60,000 nt of DNA from Amphiscolops sp. MND2022 (lineage: Eukaryota): assembly GCA_964187785.1 (NCBI GenBank), contig OZ076409.1:97156001-97216000 (forward strand), in the 5' to 3' direction. How positions within the stretch are numbered: the first letter of the stretch is position 1; each line of letters starts with the position of its first letter. A program made the position numbers and the translations under genes. This document shows, piece after piece, positions 25,795 to 39,642 of the stretch. The notes beneath the pieces are model-generated. The model was not told the DNA's origin. It ran no database searches and was given only the letters and a program-made list of their open reading frames with translations.

Positions 25795-26917
25795 CGAGGC
25801 CAAAGTGGGAAAAACGTGAACTACAACGATTTCGTTGTAGTAATTTTTGAATTCTTGAACTAATGGTAATACATACAAATTTCAAGAATCGAGAAAAACT
25901 AAGCGAAAGCAAGTGGGGATTTTTCTCGATTCTTGATTTAAATTGACTCAAATTTAAAATAGTTCTAATATTTCTTTTATATTCCTAGTTTGAAAGTTTT
26001 TGAAAACTCAAAGAGTGACTCGAAGAGATAATAACAATTAGGATGGTCTAATTCGTTTTCCGGAACCTGTTTCATGTAGCCAAAATCGATGAGGTTTGAA
26101 AGTTCAAAGAGTGACTCGAATTCAATTTCCTTTTGCTTTTGTTGCTCCTGCTGGTTTCAGACAACTGGTTTCTAATAATTCGTTGAAAGACTCGATTTCA
26201 ATTGAAGTTTTTCCTTTGTTGCTCATGAATTAGAAATATTTAATAATTCTTTGAAAGACTCGATGTCAATTCAATTTTGCTTTTGTTACTCACGGTTTAG
26301 AAACTTTTGACAAGTAACGAAGTAAAAAGCTAAAACGGAGGTGCTATTGGTTCAGAAAAAAATCTTTGCTGCAAAAAATTGAATTATTCATTCAAAAAAT
26401 CTAGTAAAAGTCTCAATTAAAAAATATTTTAGCACCTTAGAATCTAACTGGTTCAGAACAATTTAACCTGAGCAATCATTGTAAACCTTTATTATAATTT
26501 TAACAATGATTCTTCCGTTAATTTGATGAAAAAAAAATTATCAACTGATCAATTAAATTCACTATTGTAACATTTGAATAAGAATTCTGGAAAATTTTCT
26601 AAGAATCCAGACAATTTCCAAGAATCGACAAAATTTTCAGGAATCGACAAAATTTCGAGAATCGACAAACTAATGTTACCACATTATCTCCATGTATTAA
26701 AATTAGTGTCTAGATTCTCGAATGTCTTTTTCTCGATTCTTGAAATTAGTGGAAATACATGCGCACTATTGTTTTCTCAATTCTTGACTTTTATAGGCGG
26801 CATAAACAATTTCTTTGAAGTTCAAATTTCAAGAATCGGGCAAAAATTCACTTCGCTGCGTTAAACTACCACTTTTCTTGATTCTTGAAAAATTGAACAT
26901 TTCCCACTTTGGCCCCG
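25795..26917. mobile_element. Tc1/mariner-like non-autonomous element
   Basis: TA-flanked TIRs cgaggccaaagtgggaaa / tttcccactttggccccg; internal aagaatcga repeats. Confidence 0.7.
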
Positions 26918-27522
26918 TAATGATGAAGCTTCAGGGAAAAGTTCGAGTGTCATTTGAAAGGCCCGGCGAAGCCCGGCCCGCGCCGCCGGGGTGGCGGTCT
27001 CACCCCAAAAGTGGCGCCAACTCCCAGCCTAACGAGTGTCCATTTGAAAGCTTAGGTAAAGGGCTTTCAGGAGCCGAAAACCGATTTGAGCTGTCGCTAT
27101 TATTCGTGGAGAAATTAGGCTTTGAAAATTTTTTGCTATTTTTTGTCACTTTTTCAACTTCTCGGTGTACTGTCGAGGTTATGAGAGGGTCCCTTCATCT
27201 TACCTAGTGTTAGATACAAGCTGCAACGGTCCAATTACTGGTATCGTAGCTGCCATCGTGCGAATTTGATATGAATTAAGGTGTGTTTTTGGAAACCAGA
27301 AGGACTAAAAGGACGAATTCTGAACCTCATGTGGATTTATTTCAATAAAACTTTTATCGGCAATTCAACCTGCACCTGGACTTTCTTTCATTTGTCTATT
27401 TAACTTTTGTCGACTTAGAAATCCCATCTCTGAACTCTAGACTGTGTCATTTTGTTGTGAGAAATATATTCGCTCATGTGTAAATCCTTGATAATAATAA
27501 TAATTTCAGAGTGTTTGGTTGG

Positions 27523-27681
27523 ATGGTTAGTCTTTCGGGCATCTCCTCCAATGCGCCCTGTGCGGCTTCTCCCAGTGACGTCGTGTTCGTCACTTCCAGC
27601 TACGACAGACTCATCAAGTTCTGGAAGCCGGACTCTCTGCAGAACGGCGTCGCCTACAGGGAGATACAGCATGCAGATTCC
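27523..27681 (+). CDS. MLST8: Target of rapamycin complex subunit LST8, coding exon 1
   Basis: MVSLSG...VVFVTSSYDRLIKFWKPDSLQNGVAYREIQHADS, cf. LST8 ATAGYDHTVRFW...QHQDS. Acceptor aatttcag ends 27509; donor |gttagt. Confidence 0.88.
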
Positions 27682-27750
27682 GTTAGTACTATAGGCCGCG
27701 GCTTGTATTCATTCTAAGTCGATTCCTTGCAAGGTCACACTCTATTTTCA

Positions 27751-29676
27751 TTATTTCTGCGATAGCAGGAATATTATTGAAACCTCAAGATTTCCACTTT
27801 TCAGTGCAATTCTTGTCGTGATACTGGAAAGTTCAGAGATATTTTGTTCGGCAGTGAGTATAAGCGTGAGATTCAAATTTCTCAAGCTGCCGACAACAAT
27901 TCGTTTCTCATGCGATGGAACGAGCGAGTGGTAATTATGCATTCGTACGCCGAATTCATTGAGATGAAAGTGAGCAAATGTTCGTAATTATGCATTCCTA
28001 CATCGAGTTCATGAAATGAAGCGAATGAGTGTTCATTATTCGTTCGCCGAGAGCTTCGCCTGCATTCAAATGCGAATGCGAAACTTCGTCTACGCTTAGT
28101 AGTTAAATTTTCGGGTAGCATTTTTGAGGCCCGAAAAATTGAGGCCCGAAGCTGTTGTAATTTGAGGCCCGATCATTTCAGTGACTATTAGCGTCAGATA
28201 ATATTATATCAGCCAATATGTATTTAACTTGATTTATTTGAAGAGGTTAGCATATTTGTTGTATGGCTCGGTCGCTTCGCTCCCTTCGCCAAGTAACAAC
28301 ATTGAGGCATGGCCATATGGCACGTCGCTCCGCTTTGCTTCGCTCCTGCATTTAGGGCACTAGGGGTATGTGAATATAGCTGACTACGTTATCGTAATTA
28401 GTTCGCCGTTGTGTATCACACACAATATTTCGGGCCTCAGATAACATTTCATTATCGGGCCTCAGTTTTTCGGGCCTAAATAAACGTTCCCAAATTTTCT
28501 TTAGTCGGAAAAGAATTAAAGGCGGTGTAAACTGGTAATGATTAATTGTGCGCTATATAAATGATTAAGATTGCTTCTATTATTACACTTGCGATAAGCA
28601 AGTGTTATGGGAAAGTGCGGGTGCTTTTTTTCCGCGCGACAACTCTCTCGTTTCAGACCGCAAGTCGCATAATTTAGACTTTTTTGGTCTAGCGGTAAGA
28701 TGCTTGCTTTTCAACCCAGAGGGTCCGGGTTCGAACCCGTGCCTATGCGCTAATTTTTTTTTACAAAATTTTCGAAGCAGAAGATTCTCACTTTTTTCGA
28801 CAATATGAGACCCCCCTCCCCCTTTTCAGCTTACTTTCGAAAATTTTTTAATGTCCCCAAAGGGTCCTCCCTTCATTTTTTTGATATTTTGCAACAGAAC
28901 GAACTTTACAAAATTCAAAAGGGTCTCTTTCGGATTTTTCGGCACTATGAGACTGTTAAAAATTCGCATTTTTTTCGAAAATTTTTCGAAGTCTCCAAAT
29001 GGTTCCCCTTCAATTTTTTTGAAATATCGCAAAAGAATGGATGTTAAAAAATCTCAAAGAACCCCCCTTCCACAGTTTTCGGCCTTGTGAGATTTTTCAA
29101 AAGTAATAATTTTTGTCTTAAAGTTAGGTTTTCTCAGGCCCAGCACGCTATATCCGATTTTTTTTTCAAAGACCGGTGTTTTTCATATGCGACTTTTTCA
29201 ATTTTTTTTCATCGAAGTCCCCCCTCAATTTTTACCAAAAATGAAAGGTTTTGCGACTCTAAAGGACTCGTCAAGGTTTTCGGCACTATGCGACTTCAAA
29301 AAAATTGCCGGTAACCTTCAAAAAAATTTTCGAAAATATTTTGGAAAAATTTCGGGAAATTTTTGAAAAAAATTCAAAAAAATTTTTCCCTCAATTTTCT
29401 GTTTGTTTTTAACGTTTTCCGTTGAGGAAGATGGGTTTTTTGCTGTTTTCAGTTGGGGAAGAATGGTTTTCGAGACTTATGCCCATCCCTTCGGGTATTT
29501 TTTGGCGCTGTAAAATTGATGAAATTTTAACATACTCCTTTTACCCTTGGTTCGTATGATATTGCTTATTTGGTTTTCAAAACTTCGCAAGTGTTTGCGA
29601 AGCACGGCTTCGCCTCTGTGTTGAAGATGAAAGCCTAAAAGCAGAATTGATAGTGTGCCTCGCAGGGGCCTATTTT
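27751..29676 (+). mobile_element. Family-4 element carrying several nested insertions
   Basis: Collinear with 50298-50764 once the inserts at 28113-28491 and ~28582-29620 are removed. Confidence 0.65.
28113..28491. mobile_element. GG-ended MITE nested in a family-4 element
   Basis: TIRs with gaggcccga repeats; 8-bp TSD aaattttc; the empty site gttaaattttctttagtc is seen in the copy at ~54019. Confidence 0.8.
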
Positions 29677-30153
29677 CAGAAGGGTTACATGACGTTTGTT
29701 GCTAGGGTCATTTCGCTACTATGTAGTTTGCTACTAATTCTAAGGATGGGGCTAATAGTCAGTTTTTCTGATTTTGCGTCTTTTTCACGACTTAACCGGC
29801 AATTTTGACAAATATTGTGCCAAATTCCAAAAAAAAACGTTTGTTTCTATAATTCATTTCTTAGTCTGCACTACTTAATTGCTCTGCAACAAATGTGGAA
29901 GCAACAAATTAGTTGCAATAGTTCAGTAGCATTTTGTGTGTATCAGCAAAAGTCTAGACACTTTTCACGACATACGCGCTAAAAGGTTATCGATATGGGC
30001 GGCTTTCTTTTTTCAGGGTTCATTTTTAAACGAATAACAGGAAACAAATTTTATATTTTAGTTGCGCGCTCTCAGTTGCTATTTCGCTTGTAGATATTGA
30101 CCGAAAGCGAGTAGTGAATTTTGACTGCAGTGCTTCGTAGTCTCACTACAGAT

Positions 30154-30506
30154 CAGGGTTCGGAAAAAAATTTGAAAAAATCGTATTTACAACAATAATT
30201 TTATTTGTTCAGAACATGTTCAAAACTCAAGATCTAATTCGTTGGCCTTCTCAATTTAAAGTCAATTTCATGTTTGGTTGTGGACGAAACCCAAGGTGCT
30301 GAAAATTCGTTCCAAGTCTGCCGAACTTGGAATAAGAACTAGAAGAACATCGACAATTTTTACTTTCGATTTTAAGAACTTCGAACTTTTTATAACTGAA
30401 ATTGAAACAATTGAACAAAATGAAGGTTTTTATCACGTTTAAAACTCTGTTTAAAACATGTTTAAAACGCGTTTAAAACACGGTTGTTTTAAACATGCGA
30501 ACCCTG
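30154..30506. mobile_element. hAT-type MITE
   Basis: TIR cagggttcg / cgaaccctg; perfect 8-bp TSD ctacagat. Confidence 0.88.
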
Positions 30507-31388
30507 CTACAGATTGCATGAGTCCAAACTATCATTTTGCTGTATTCTTTATTCAATTGAAAGAGTTTGAATTATAGATCGAACATAAGCCCTATACGAC
30601 CGTGTTCATAGAATCTTAGCTACTTTTTTTGCAATCTTAGTGAAACAGTGCAAAATTCTTTAGTGCAGAATTGACAATTTGAACATTTGCAGCACAGTAT
30701 TTGCAAATCGAAATTGATGATAGCGACCCTTTGCTCTCGGAAGATTTCTCGAAGACGGGACACTCCTTGAAAAATATACGTTCTTCTAAGGAAACAATTT
30801 CCTTGAAAGATCTTCCAAGAAGAGCGTTTTTTCAAGGATCTTCCAAGATCCTTGCAAGGAATGCATTTTTTTGTCAACCAGGGAAGTCAAAAAAGGGAGT
30901 GGCCTCTCCAGAGTCGAATTATTTAGAATCGAAAATTACAACTGAAATTTCCAGGGTCGAATTATTTAGTAGGATTGCATTATACAGGGAACTATAGCAA
31001 TGGTATAATATGAATGAAATTTTCACCTCTTTCGATCCTAGATAGAATCAAGTCACATTTCATTCAACTTTGCATATTTTTCGATCCTACATAATTCGAC
31101 TCTGCACAGTAATCCTAAAAAAGGTTATTAATGATTTGGATGCTTCATGTCAAATTAACTTTGTTCTTTTGCAAAACTCCGAAAGTTTTGTCCTCCGAAA
31201 TACATCCTGAATTGAAATATTTACTTATTTGCATGAATTTATTCAATTTAGATAAATGATTGTAGCGATAATTTTCATCAGTAATTTATAATGAACTACT
31301 TTTTTATATGAAGTAGAATACGCTGGATGTGATTTATGTACTTAATAAAACACTTTTTAATCTTGTTAATCTCTTTTGTTTGTTTCAG

Positions 31389-31440
31389 CAAGTCAATTGC
31401 ATGGCCATTTCTCCTGACAAGAGATTCCTTGCCTGTGGAG
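31389..31440 (+). CDS. MLST8: LST8 coding exon 2
   Basis: tgtttcag|CAA...GGA G|gtaaga; QVNCMAISPDKRFLACG (LST8 QVN..ITPD). Confidence 0.92.
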
Positions 31441-32425
31441 GTAAGAATTTACATTCCATCAGGTCCCTCTTTGGTTATTTTAATTTTCTGCTTTCTTTTT
31501 CGGCACTACGCGACTGTTTGAAAAAATCAATTTTTTTCAACAAATAGCTTTTTCTGATATTTTCAGTTCAGAAAGTTATTTTCCTGTCTCAAGGGTACCA
31601 CTTCGAGTATTTTTTGGCACTGTATGATTCAATAGTTGGTCCATGAATATTTCAAACACTTCTTCTCTTTGAACCTTGAGCGGGGCGCCAACTTTGCTGT
31701 TCCCGGCTTGTTCAATTTCTCCTCCACTTAACAATGTTTCAAAAAATTATTTCAATGGAACCGTTACTGACAAAAAACAGTGTCAGTAACGGTCCCCGTA
31801 TATATAAATAGTGAAAACCTCAACAAGTGGAGGAAAGATTTACAAAACAAAACACCAAAATTTATTGAAATCGTCAAAAAAACTGACGTTCAGGATATGC
31901 ACCCACTTGGGATTATCATAATGCACGACAGCCTTCCCTCCTGCACTGTTGCCGCAATGGAAGACTCAACGTGGTCTATTTGGCATTTAAGGGCGCGGCA
32001 TTCTCTCAGGCACAATACCGAGCTCCGTAGAAGTGCAAAGATGGTTACGACAAGGGACCCGTTGAAGACATTTAAAAAATTTCGGAAAAAAGTCTCACAA
32101 CGCCGAAAAAAACTGAAAGACGGGACCCTTTAGTCTCGTGCGGTATTGTATGTTGCGCGGAAAAAGAGGAAAAACCCTTTTGGTTCAATTCGCTAGGCCA
32201 AATGATTCAATTTGGGACCATAAAATTTCGTAGAACTTTCAAGAACTATTTTGGTCAGTTCGTGTGGATTGAAAAAATGAAGTCACTATAATAGTCGCGT
32301 TTCACTTCATGAAGCGCCGACTAAATATGGACATCACTGACGTAAAATGACGTCATCAGTACGTGTCATCTCCTTAACAGTCTGTGGTGCTGATGCATTT
32401 TGAATGTTTTGCATGTTGCTTGCAG

Positions 32426-32630
32426 GCTACCAGCACGTGCAGCTGTACGACTTCCAGGGATCGGGGTCGGTGGGGGGTCCGATGGGCACGGGCGGGGTGC
32501 CTGCAGCCGGGGGCCGGGTGATGAAGTTCAACGGGTTCCACAAGAACATCATGGCCCTCGGTTTTCAAGAGGATGGGTCCTGGATGTTCACCGCCGGTGA
32601 GGACGGCATCGTCAGGGTGTGGGAAATCAG
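32426..32630 (+). CDS. MLST8: LST8 coding exon 3
   Basis: ttgcag|GC TAC...ATC AG|gtacta; GYQHVQLYD...GFHKNIMALGFQEDGSWMFTAGEDGIVRVWEIR. Confidence 0.93.
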
Positions 32631-33169
32631 GTACTACTACACATGCACACATGCGGATACGCCGCAGCATGATACACTTTATTACATCACAGTGCATAGA
32701 CAAGCTAAATTTCTACAAACACAATTCTGTGCGTGTAACCCCTTAGATTCCACAGACATGTCTTTAAACGTGCAAAATTGATTAATTTCCACTAGTTTTG
32801 TGGAAACCGAGACACCGTCAACGCAATTCTGTGGAATCCCATAACATATACTTAAAACATGAGCATTTCCGCAACATCAAAGGAAGGGCTTTTCTTAGAT
32901 TCCGCAAACATCAAAGAGATTGGAATTCCGTAAGCGTGTCTTGGATTCCGCAAAACAGTGTCGTGGTTTCCGCAAAATCGCCAGAAAAAGCTTTTCTATG
33001 CAGTGTAATGTATTGACTCTTTCCTGTTTTCCCCCCGTCTCGAATTTTTTTTTGGAAAATTGATGAAAATCTTATAACAGAAAGACTTGAATACAAACCA
33101 GAAAGCGTCAATTTTGAATATATTATTTGGGTGACAGAATAGAATTGAGATATAAACTTTGTTCACACT

Positions 33170-34203
33170 TTTTAGTCGGCGCTTTTCTAGTGAAAAGAGC
33201 CCGACTATTACAGTGGCTAGTTTTTAGTCGGCGCCTTTTCCCTTAAGGAAAAAAGCCCGACTCTTACAGTGAGTAGTTTTTTTTTTGTTTTTTTCAGTTG
33301 ACAATCTCACTCTGAGTGGTCCACTTTTCTTACAATTTGTTCATCTTTCATATTTGTTCATCTTCCATCTTCGACCCAGCCGGAGTGCGTGGGTTCGATT
33401 CTCGCACTAAACCATAAATTTTTTAATGCTTCCAAAAGTACAGGTGAGACCAAAGTGCCCCCCCTTTGGGTTTTTTTCGGCACTATGCGACTTTTTTCGA
33501 AAATTTTTGAAATTTATCAAAGGGTACCCCCTTGCATTTTTTTGAAATTTTCGGTTTGTAGAAAACGTTGAATGAGCCTGAATGGCCTTTTTTTGAGTTT
33601 TTCGGCATTTTGCGACTTAAAAAATACTTTTTTTCGAAAAAAAATTTCAAAAATAATTTTTTTGAAAATTTTTTTTTCCAAATTTTTACAATAGTTGTTC
33701 CTTGAATATTTTTGAGCCTAAGATATGGCGCCGACTTGGGACGTTCCCGTCTTGTTTTCTCTTTTTTTTCGTCAGACTACAATCTCACTCTGATTGGGCC
33801 ACTTTTCTTACAGTCGAAACTACTAAAACTACTACCATAAGGCCAAGTCCGGTCAGCGCAAATTAGTGCAAAAGGGTCCCCCTTTCATTTTTCACTATTT
33901 TAACGTAACCTACAAAACCGGACGAGACTAAAGGGTCCCCCCTTTCGATTTTTTTGGCATTGTGCGACTTTTTTTCGAAAATTTTTTAATGTCTCAAAAG
34001 GGTCCCCCTTTCGAGTTTTTTGTTATTTTGCAACAGAATATATGTTAATAAAGCCCAAAGGGTCCCCCCCTTTTACATTTTTTGGCACTATGCGACATTT
34101 TCCGAAATAAAAAAATTAAAAATTTCAAGTTTTTTTTCAAAAAAAGTCTTTTGCGCTTTTTAAGCCTTAGATATAGCGCCGACTTTAGACGTTCCCATCT
34201 TGT
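33170..34203 (+). mobile_element. Nested family-1 HINE-like elements (inner copy ~33222-33755)
   Basis: Two 5' ends and two 3' ends, same nesting geometry as 788-1997. Confidence 0.7.
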
Positions 34204-34443
34204 TCCTTCTGAACGCAATCATTTTTATTAGAAAATTAACAACTTCCTGTTTTGAGTCACAAAAACTGAATGCGATGAAAATTATAGTTAAAATGTGTGA
34301 AAAGCGTTCAAGCAAAAAACTATTCCAATAGACGTTAACTTCCCCATATGAAAAAAGGTTTTACTTTAAATTAGGCTTGTCTAAAGTTTTTAAGGAAATT
34401 TCTTTCGAAAGTTTTGGCGGTGGGGGGACAGAAAACAGCCTTA

Positions 34444-34690
34444 TTTTTTTCCGCCTCCTCAATTTATTGTATAGGAGAGGAAAATCATCATCTGTGTTGC
34501 GTTTTTTTTTCCAAATTCTGCCAAATCTTCACAATCTGTTAGTTGCTCTCTGTTATTTGCTATTTGAGTTACGATGGCTCAGTTGGTAGTGCATCCGCCT
34601 ATAAATCGGTAGAGAGTGGGTTCGAATCTCGTCTTCACCTGATTTTTTTGACAAGGCAGAAAATGTCCCGGTGTTTAGCGGGCGTCTTGT
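34444..34690 (+). mobile_element. Family-2 element with tRNA-derived core
   Basis: 5' ttttccgcc..gaggaaaa; core tggctcagttggtag...gggttcgaatc; 3' gaaaat + gcgggcgtcttgt. Relatives at 16467-16793, ~36660-36815, ~38806-38880 (-) and 53465-54242. Confidence 0.65.
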
Positions 34691-36100
34691 GTGAAGGTAG
34701 CTCAGTGGTTTTCCTAAGCGAAAGCGTTCAGGTACAATTCATATATTGATATTCCGTTTCACACAATGACAGAATTATGGATGAACATTGATTATGAGGA
34801 GAAATAATTAAATCTTTTCCTATTCTCGTTTTCTTTCCAGTCTTTCCAGGTGGTTTTGGTTTCTTCTCTCAAGAATATTGTGTCCGTTTCTTTTTTGGGT
34901 TTTTTCTTTTTTTTTGTCCAATCATATTTGAGAATACCTTTCCTTCTTGCTATCCTCATCCAAAATAAAACAAGTCATTGTTATCACACACTTGCATTGT
35001 GCAATTACTGCTGAGTCGGGCTGGATAGAATATAATAGAAGGTCCCTGAGGACCAGTTTTTTTTCTGTGTGAAGCCTATTTTGATTCATTGGATAGGTAA
35101 AGAGTTCGGTCTCCTGAGAAAGTTCAATACTCCGCTCAGATATGTTTGTGGCATTGTGTGGACTGCTATTTTTGGTCGTCGCATTTTGTAAGAAAATATC
35201 CCCGACTGTGAGTATTTCAGTGAGTAGTTTTTTCGACAGACCACAGGGTGTATGTGTAGCGCTCACTTTTTGAACCGAATTTGTTTACCCCGCCAGTAGT
35301 TAAGATGCTCTCTTCCCAAGCAGACGGTCGCCGGTTCGGTGCCCGCCAAGGACTAAAATTCTTTGTTTGCGAACTCTTGACATGTCAACGGGCCCCCCTT
35401 AGCGTTTTTTCGGCACTGTGCTACTTTTTGAAAGGTCTCCTATTTTTTTTTCGAAAACTGGTTCTTTCGTCAAACTTCATAAGAACAGAATTTTGACTTA
35501 TTTGAAAGACTGTGCGTTTCGAGCCTTGATATAAGAACAGTTATACGTTTTAGGTAGTTTTTTCATCTCTGTTCCAGAAGTGTTTTTGAGTCAGGTTTCT
35601 TGTTTCAGCCCATTTGCTTATTGTTTCCATTATGCGTTGGTATAACAGTCAATTTACATTTTAAATCTAGTTGATGGATGTTTTAAATACTTGTACTGCA
35701 CTGAAATGTTCTGATGAGCCTAATGTCTCAAATGAGTTGTTTTAACCAACCAGGTTTAGCTCTGTGCCATGAAATGTATTCAACTGAAAAATGCTGCAAT
35801 GACATTGTAAAAAAAGCGTTTGAGAGGCAATACCGTTTCTTCTTAAAAGAAGTTTTTACTGAACGAAATATGTGGTCAACTAATTCGTTCGCTGCTTTGA
35901 CATTTTTAACCTGTCCCTTGTTTCGCAAACTGGTCTTGATTCAATCAAAGTTTTGATCAACTGCGTTTCGATTTCACCGAAAATTTCAAGGGAGTCTTAA
36001 AATTAAGTCTTAAATTTGGGGTCGTGGAGATGTTTTAAAGCACACTTCATGTATAGATGTTGCTTCATGCCAACTGTTGGTAGTGTGTGTTGTTTTGCAG

Positions 36101-36238
36101 AGAGGACTCGTCCACTCCCCTGCTGAAACACGACCTGAAGTGTGGCGGCCCCATCAACTGCGCAGTGCTGCACCCCAACCAGGCAGAGCTCTTTCTGGGA
36201 GACCACCAGGGCTACATATACCTCCTCGACCTCAGAGG
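36101..36238 (+). CDS. MLST8: LST8 coding exon 4
   Basis: ttttgcag|A GAG...AGA GG|gtacta; PINCAVLHPNQAELFLGDHQGYIYLLDL (LST8 signature LHPNQAEL). Confidence 0.93.
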
Positions 36239-37754
36239 GTACTAGTACTAGCTCTACCTCTTCATATGTCCGCTTTTTATATCATTTTCGGATCTTTTCT
36301 GTTAATTCCCTAGTAAGCGCGGAAATTTTAATTCCCCACCACTATCAGCGATGAGCTTCAGTTGCAGTTAGAGTTGTAAAATACTGTAATTTGATTCGTT
36401 GTTACTAATTCAATGATAATTTCACTTGACCGCCTAACCGGGAAGGGGGGATTAACAGAAAGGATCCTTATTTTCCACCCTTCTAAATTTATTTGAGGGA
36501 CGAAAATCACGGGCTCTTTTCTTTGAAAGTTTCTGCCTAGTATTCAAGTCTTTCTGTTATAATATCAGAGTCTATCTGTAATAATAATCAAGTCTCTCTG
36601 TACAGAAAACAGCCAAAACACGATCTGTGTAGCGTTTTTACAAATACTGCCAAATCTCCACTTTCTTACTCCATTTAGTTTCTGGAAATTTTAGTCACCA
36701 TAGCCCAGTTGATGGTGCGTCCGTATGGCAGACAGGAGGTCGAGGGTTCGAAACCGGGCTGGAGCCAGAAATTTTTGTGGTGGAAAATATCCCGATGCTT
36801 AGATGGCGTCTTAACGTTATCGCTCTCCGTTTTCTCTTAAAATTGGTGAATCTTCCGACTTGTATCTTCCTTTTCCCCACCTTTCTTCGACAGTCATGAT
36901 TGAAAATGAATGGATTCCTCGCAAAGATCTTGAACATTGCTCTGAGAAATCTTGCACGGAATGTTTTTTTTTCATCCATGTTTAGTCAGACATCGCAACC
37001 CTTTTAAACTAACTAGCTTTAAGGTACCATTATTGCGTTTTTCGGTCTAAAAAGCTATACTTGTTTCCGCAAATCTGTTTTAGTGGCTTCTAAATAAAAT
37101 ATAAATAAATGCCATAACTTCTAAACAATTTGCTCTCGCCACTTGGAATAGTGGTTACCGCGGGTATGACAGGAACCCGCGAAACGGGTGGATTGTAGTT
37201 CGAATCCAGTGCTGACCCAAAAATTTATTATACTTGCAACAGTTCACGGGAGACCAAAAGGTTCTTCGGGGTGTTTTTTCGGCATAGTGCGACTTTTTGG
37301 AAAAAAATAATTTGATCAAAGGTACCCCTTTCATTTTTTGAAAAAGCGTTTTCAAAGGTACCCCTTTTGGGTTTTTCGGCACTAAGACACTTTTTTTCCG
37401 AAAGAAAAAGTTTTTCGATTTTTTTCCTTTTGACGCTGTTGTTGTTCCATTATTCGGAGAAAAAGAATCTGTGAGGAAGTATTTTGGGAAACTATTGGAT
37501 CTTTTTGGGTGTTCAGCAAAAATATCGTTTCATATATAACGCATTTCGAAAAAAATCATTTGATCAAAGGGTACCCATTCATTGTTCTGAAAATTTTTCA
37601 GCTTTTGGGTTTTTCGGCACTATGACACTTTTTTCCAAGAAAAGTTTTTCGGGGAAAAAAACGGTTTTCCGTGAGGAAATTATTGGATCTTTGTTGGGTG
37701 TTCAGCAAACGTTTCTTTTCGTATATAACGGTGGCATAGAGTTTTTGTGTGTAG

Positions 37755-37963
37755 AGTGACAGTGTGTGCCAAATTCAAGCCGGAGGGGGAGCTGGTGGAC
37801 GATGCCTTCATAGCGATCCAGTCTTTAGCTCTGGACGTGGATGCCACCATGCTGGCTGCTCTGACCAATAAGGGCACGTGCCATGTCTGGTCTGTTTCCA
37901 CCATGCTCACCCATGCACCCACCCCCAAACACCACACCGCCGATTCCGCCTCCTCAGACAAAG
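37755..37963 (+). CDS. MLST8: LST8 coding exon 5
   Basis: tgtgtag|A GTG...AAA G|gttggg; IQSLALDVDATMLAALTNKGTCHVW. Confidence 0.9.
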
Positions 37964-39642
37964 GTTGGGGTCAAAGTGTATCATAATTCCTTTTTGAGTA
38001 TAAGAAATACTATTTGTCCGCATGTTTTCCGCGGAAGTAGTATAACTAATGATAATAATTTAATTCATTTGGTCATTCTTATTACAAATACAGTATTTAA
38101 ACAAACATAAATTTATGACCAAAAGAGACTTCCAAGGGCGCACAAGCCTGCTTGAAGCAAGCCTATCCTAAACAACTTGCAAGCTCAAAGTTTCACCAAC
38201 AAAAATTTGAATTTCAATAAGGCGTTGAACAAAAAATCTCGATGAAAAAAGATATCGTGATGAAGGATCAAAAATCCTCGTTAACAGTAATCTTATAACC
38301 GCCTTAAGCGTTCCAATGTACTTGCTGACTGCAGCAGATTTCAACAAATATGTGGGGAGAGGATGTCATTGCTTAGATGTTGATAAAACTCGGAAAAGAA
38401 GGTGAAAAAAGTCAAATTTTGATCGAAAACTCGTTTCTCGTACCCTTGGTGAACTAGTCTTTATTTAGGGCTTCTGCACAACCGATGCCCGACTAATACT
38501 CAATACTAGTATAAGGAATCCTTATAATGGGGTTATTTATTAGAATTCCTTATAAGTCGTATTAGGATCAATGATAAAGTGTATGCAAAATCCTTCGTTT
38601 TTACCAATTATTACAAAACTTCAAGTTTTCAGAAATTTTAAAGCATACAAATTGGTGATAGAAATACAAAAAAGAATACATTAGGGGCCAGGGAAAATTC
38701 TTTTTGGAGCATCTGAGGATTTAAATAAGCTTTGGAGTCTCATGAAAGTTGTGTGAAAATGAGGAAAACATCGCCATACTAGACGATGTTTAGAACAAAA
38801 ATTAGAACAAGACGCCCGCCAAGCACCCGGATGTTTTCCACTTCACTCGTATTGCAAAAAAGTATGGCGAAAAATAAATTTGAAAAACATCGGTAAGTGG
38901 AGGGTAATTTATAAATTAGGACTATGTTTCTCAAATTTAAATGATCGTCGGAAATTATATGGTTTCATGGGAAGCACCCGAGGGATTGTAAGATTTATGA
39001 CAGCCTCCCTCGTGAACTATAGCACTGATAGATGACTAAAAGATGGGCTAAATCAATTGAAATTCATCTATCATTCACTTGGTGATTTATCCTCGACAGT
39101 ACACTGAGAAGCAGAAAAATTGACAAAAATTTGTCGAAATTTTTTAGAAGCTTCATTTCTCCACGAATAATAGCCGCAGCTCAAATCGGTTTTCTGCTCC
39201 TGAAAGCCTTTTACCGAAGCTTTCAAATGCACACTAGTTAGGCTGGGAGTTCAGTGGATCTTCATTGAAAAATCTTCTATATGCGATTTCAATGGTGGCC
39301 TGCTGTAATATTAGAGTGGCACAGTCTCTCATCAACCAGTTGCTCAGGTACTGAGAAAAAGCAATTCTCTGAAATGTAAAATTTTGTAATTTTTCACTTT
39401 TTTCCAGTTACTGTTTGGCCGGTGGCTCTGAAAACAAGCTGTATTGACACAAATAACAACTCACCCCAAATACTCTAGTAGATTGTTGACAAGAAAGACA
39501 AAGTTTCGTTTTCCTACTTTCTTTTTTCGTTTCGTAATTTTTTATTGATTGCGAAAAAAATCGCTGTCCTCATTTGAGGACGAAATCACGGTCGAGGTTA
39601 TGTGAACGTTTGGTGTAACAGGGTGCTGTTATTGTGTTCCAG

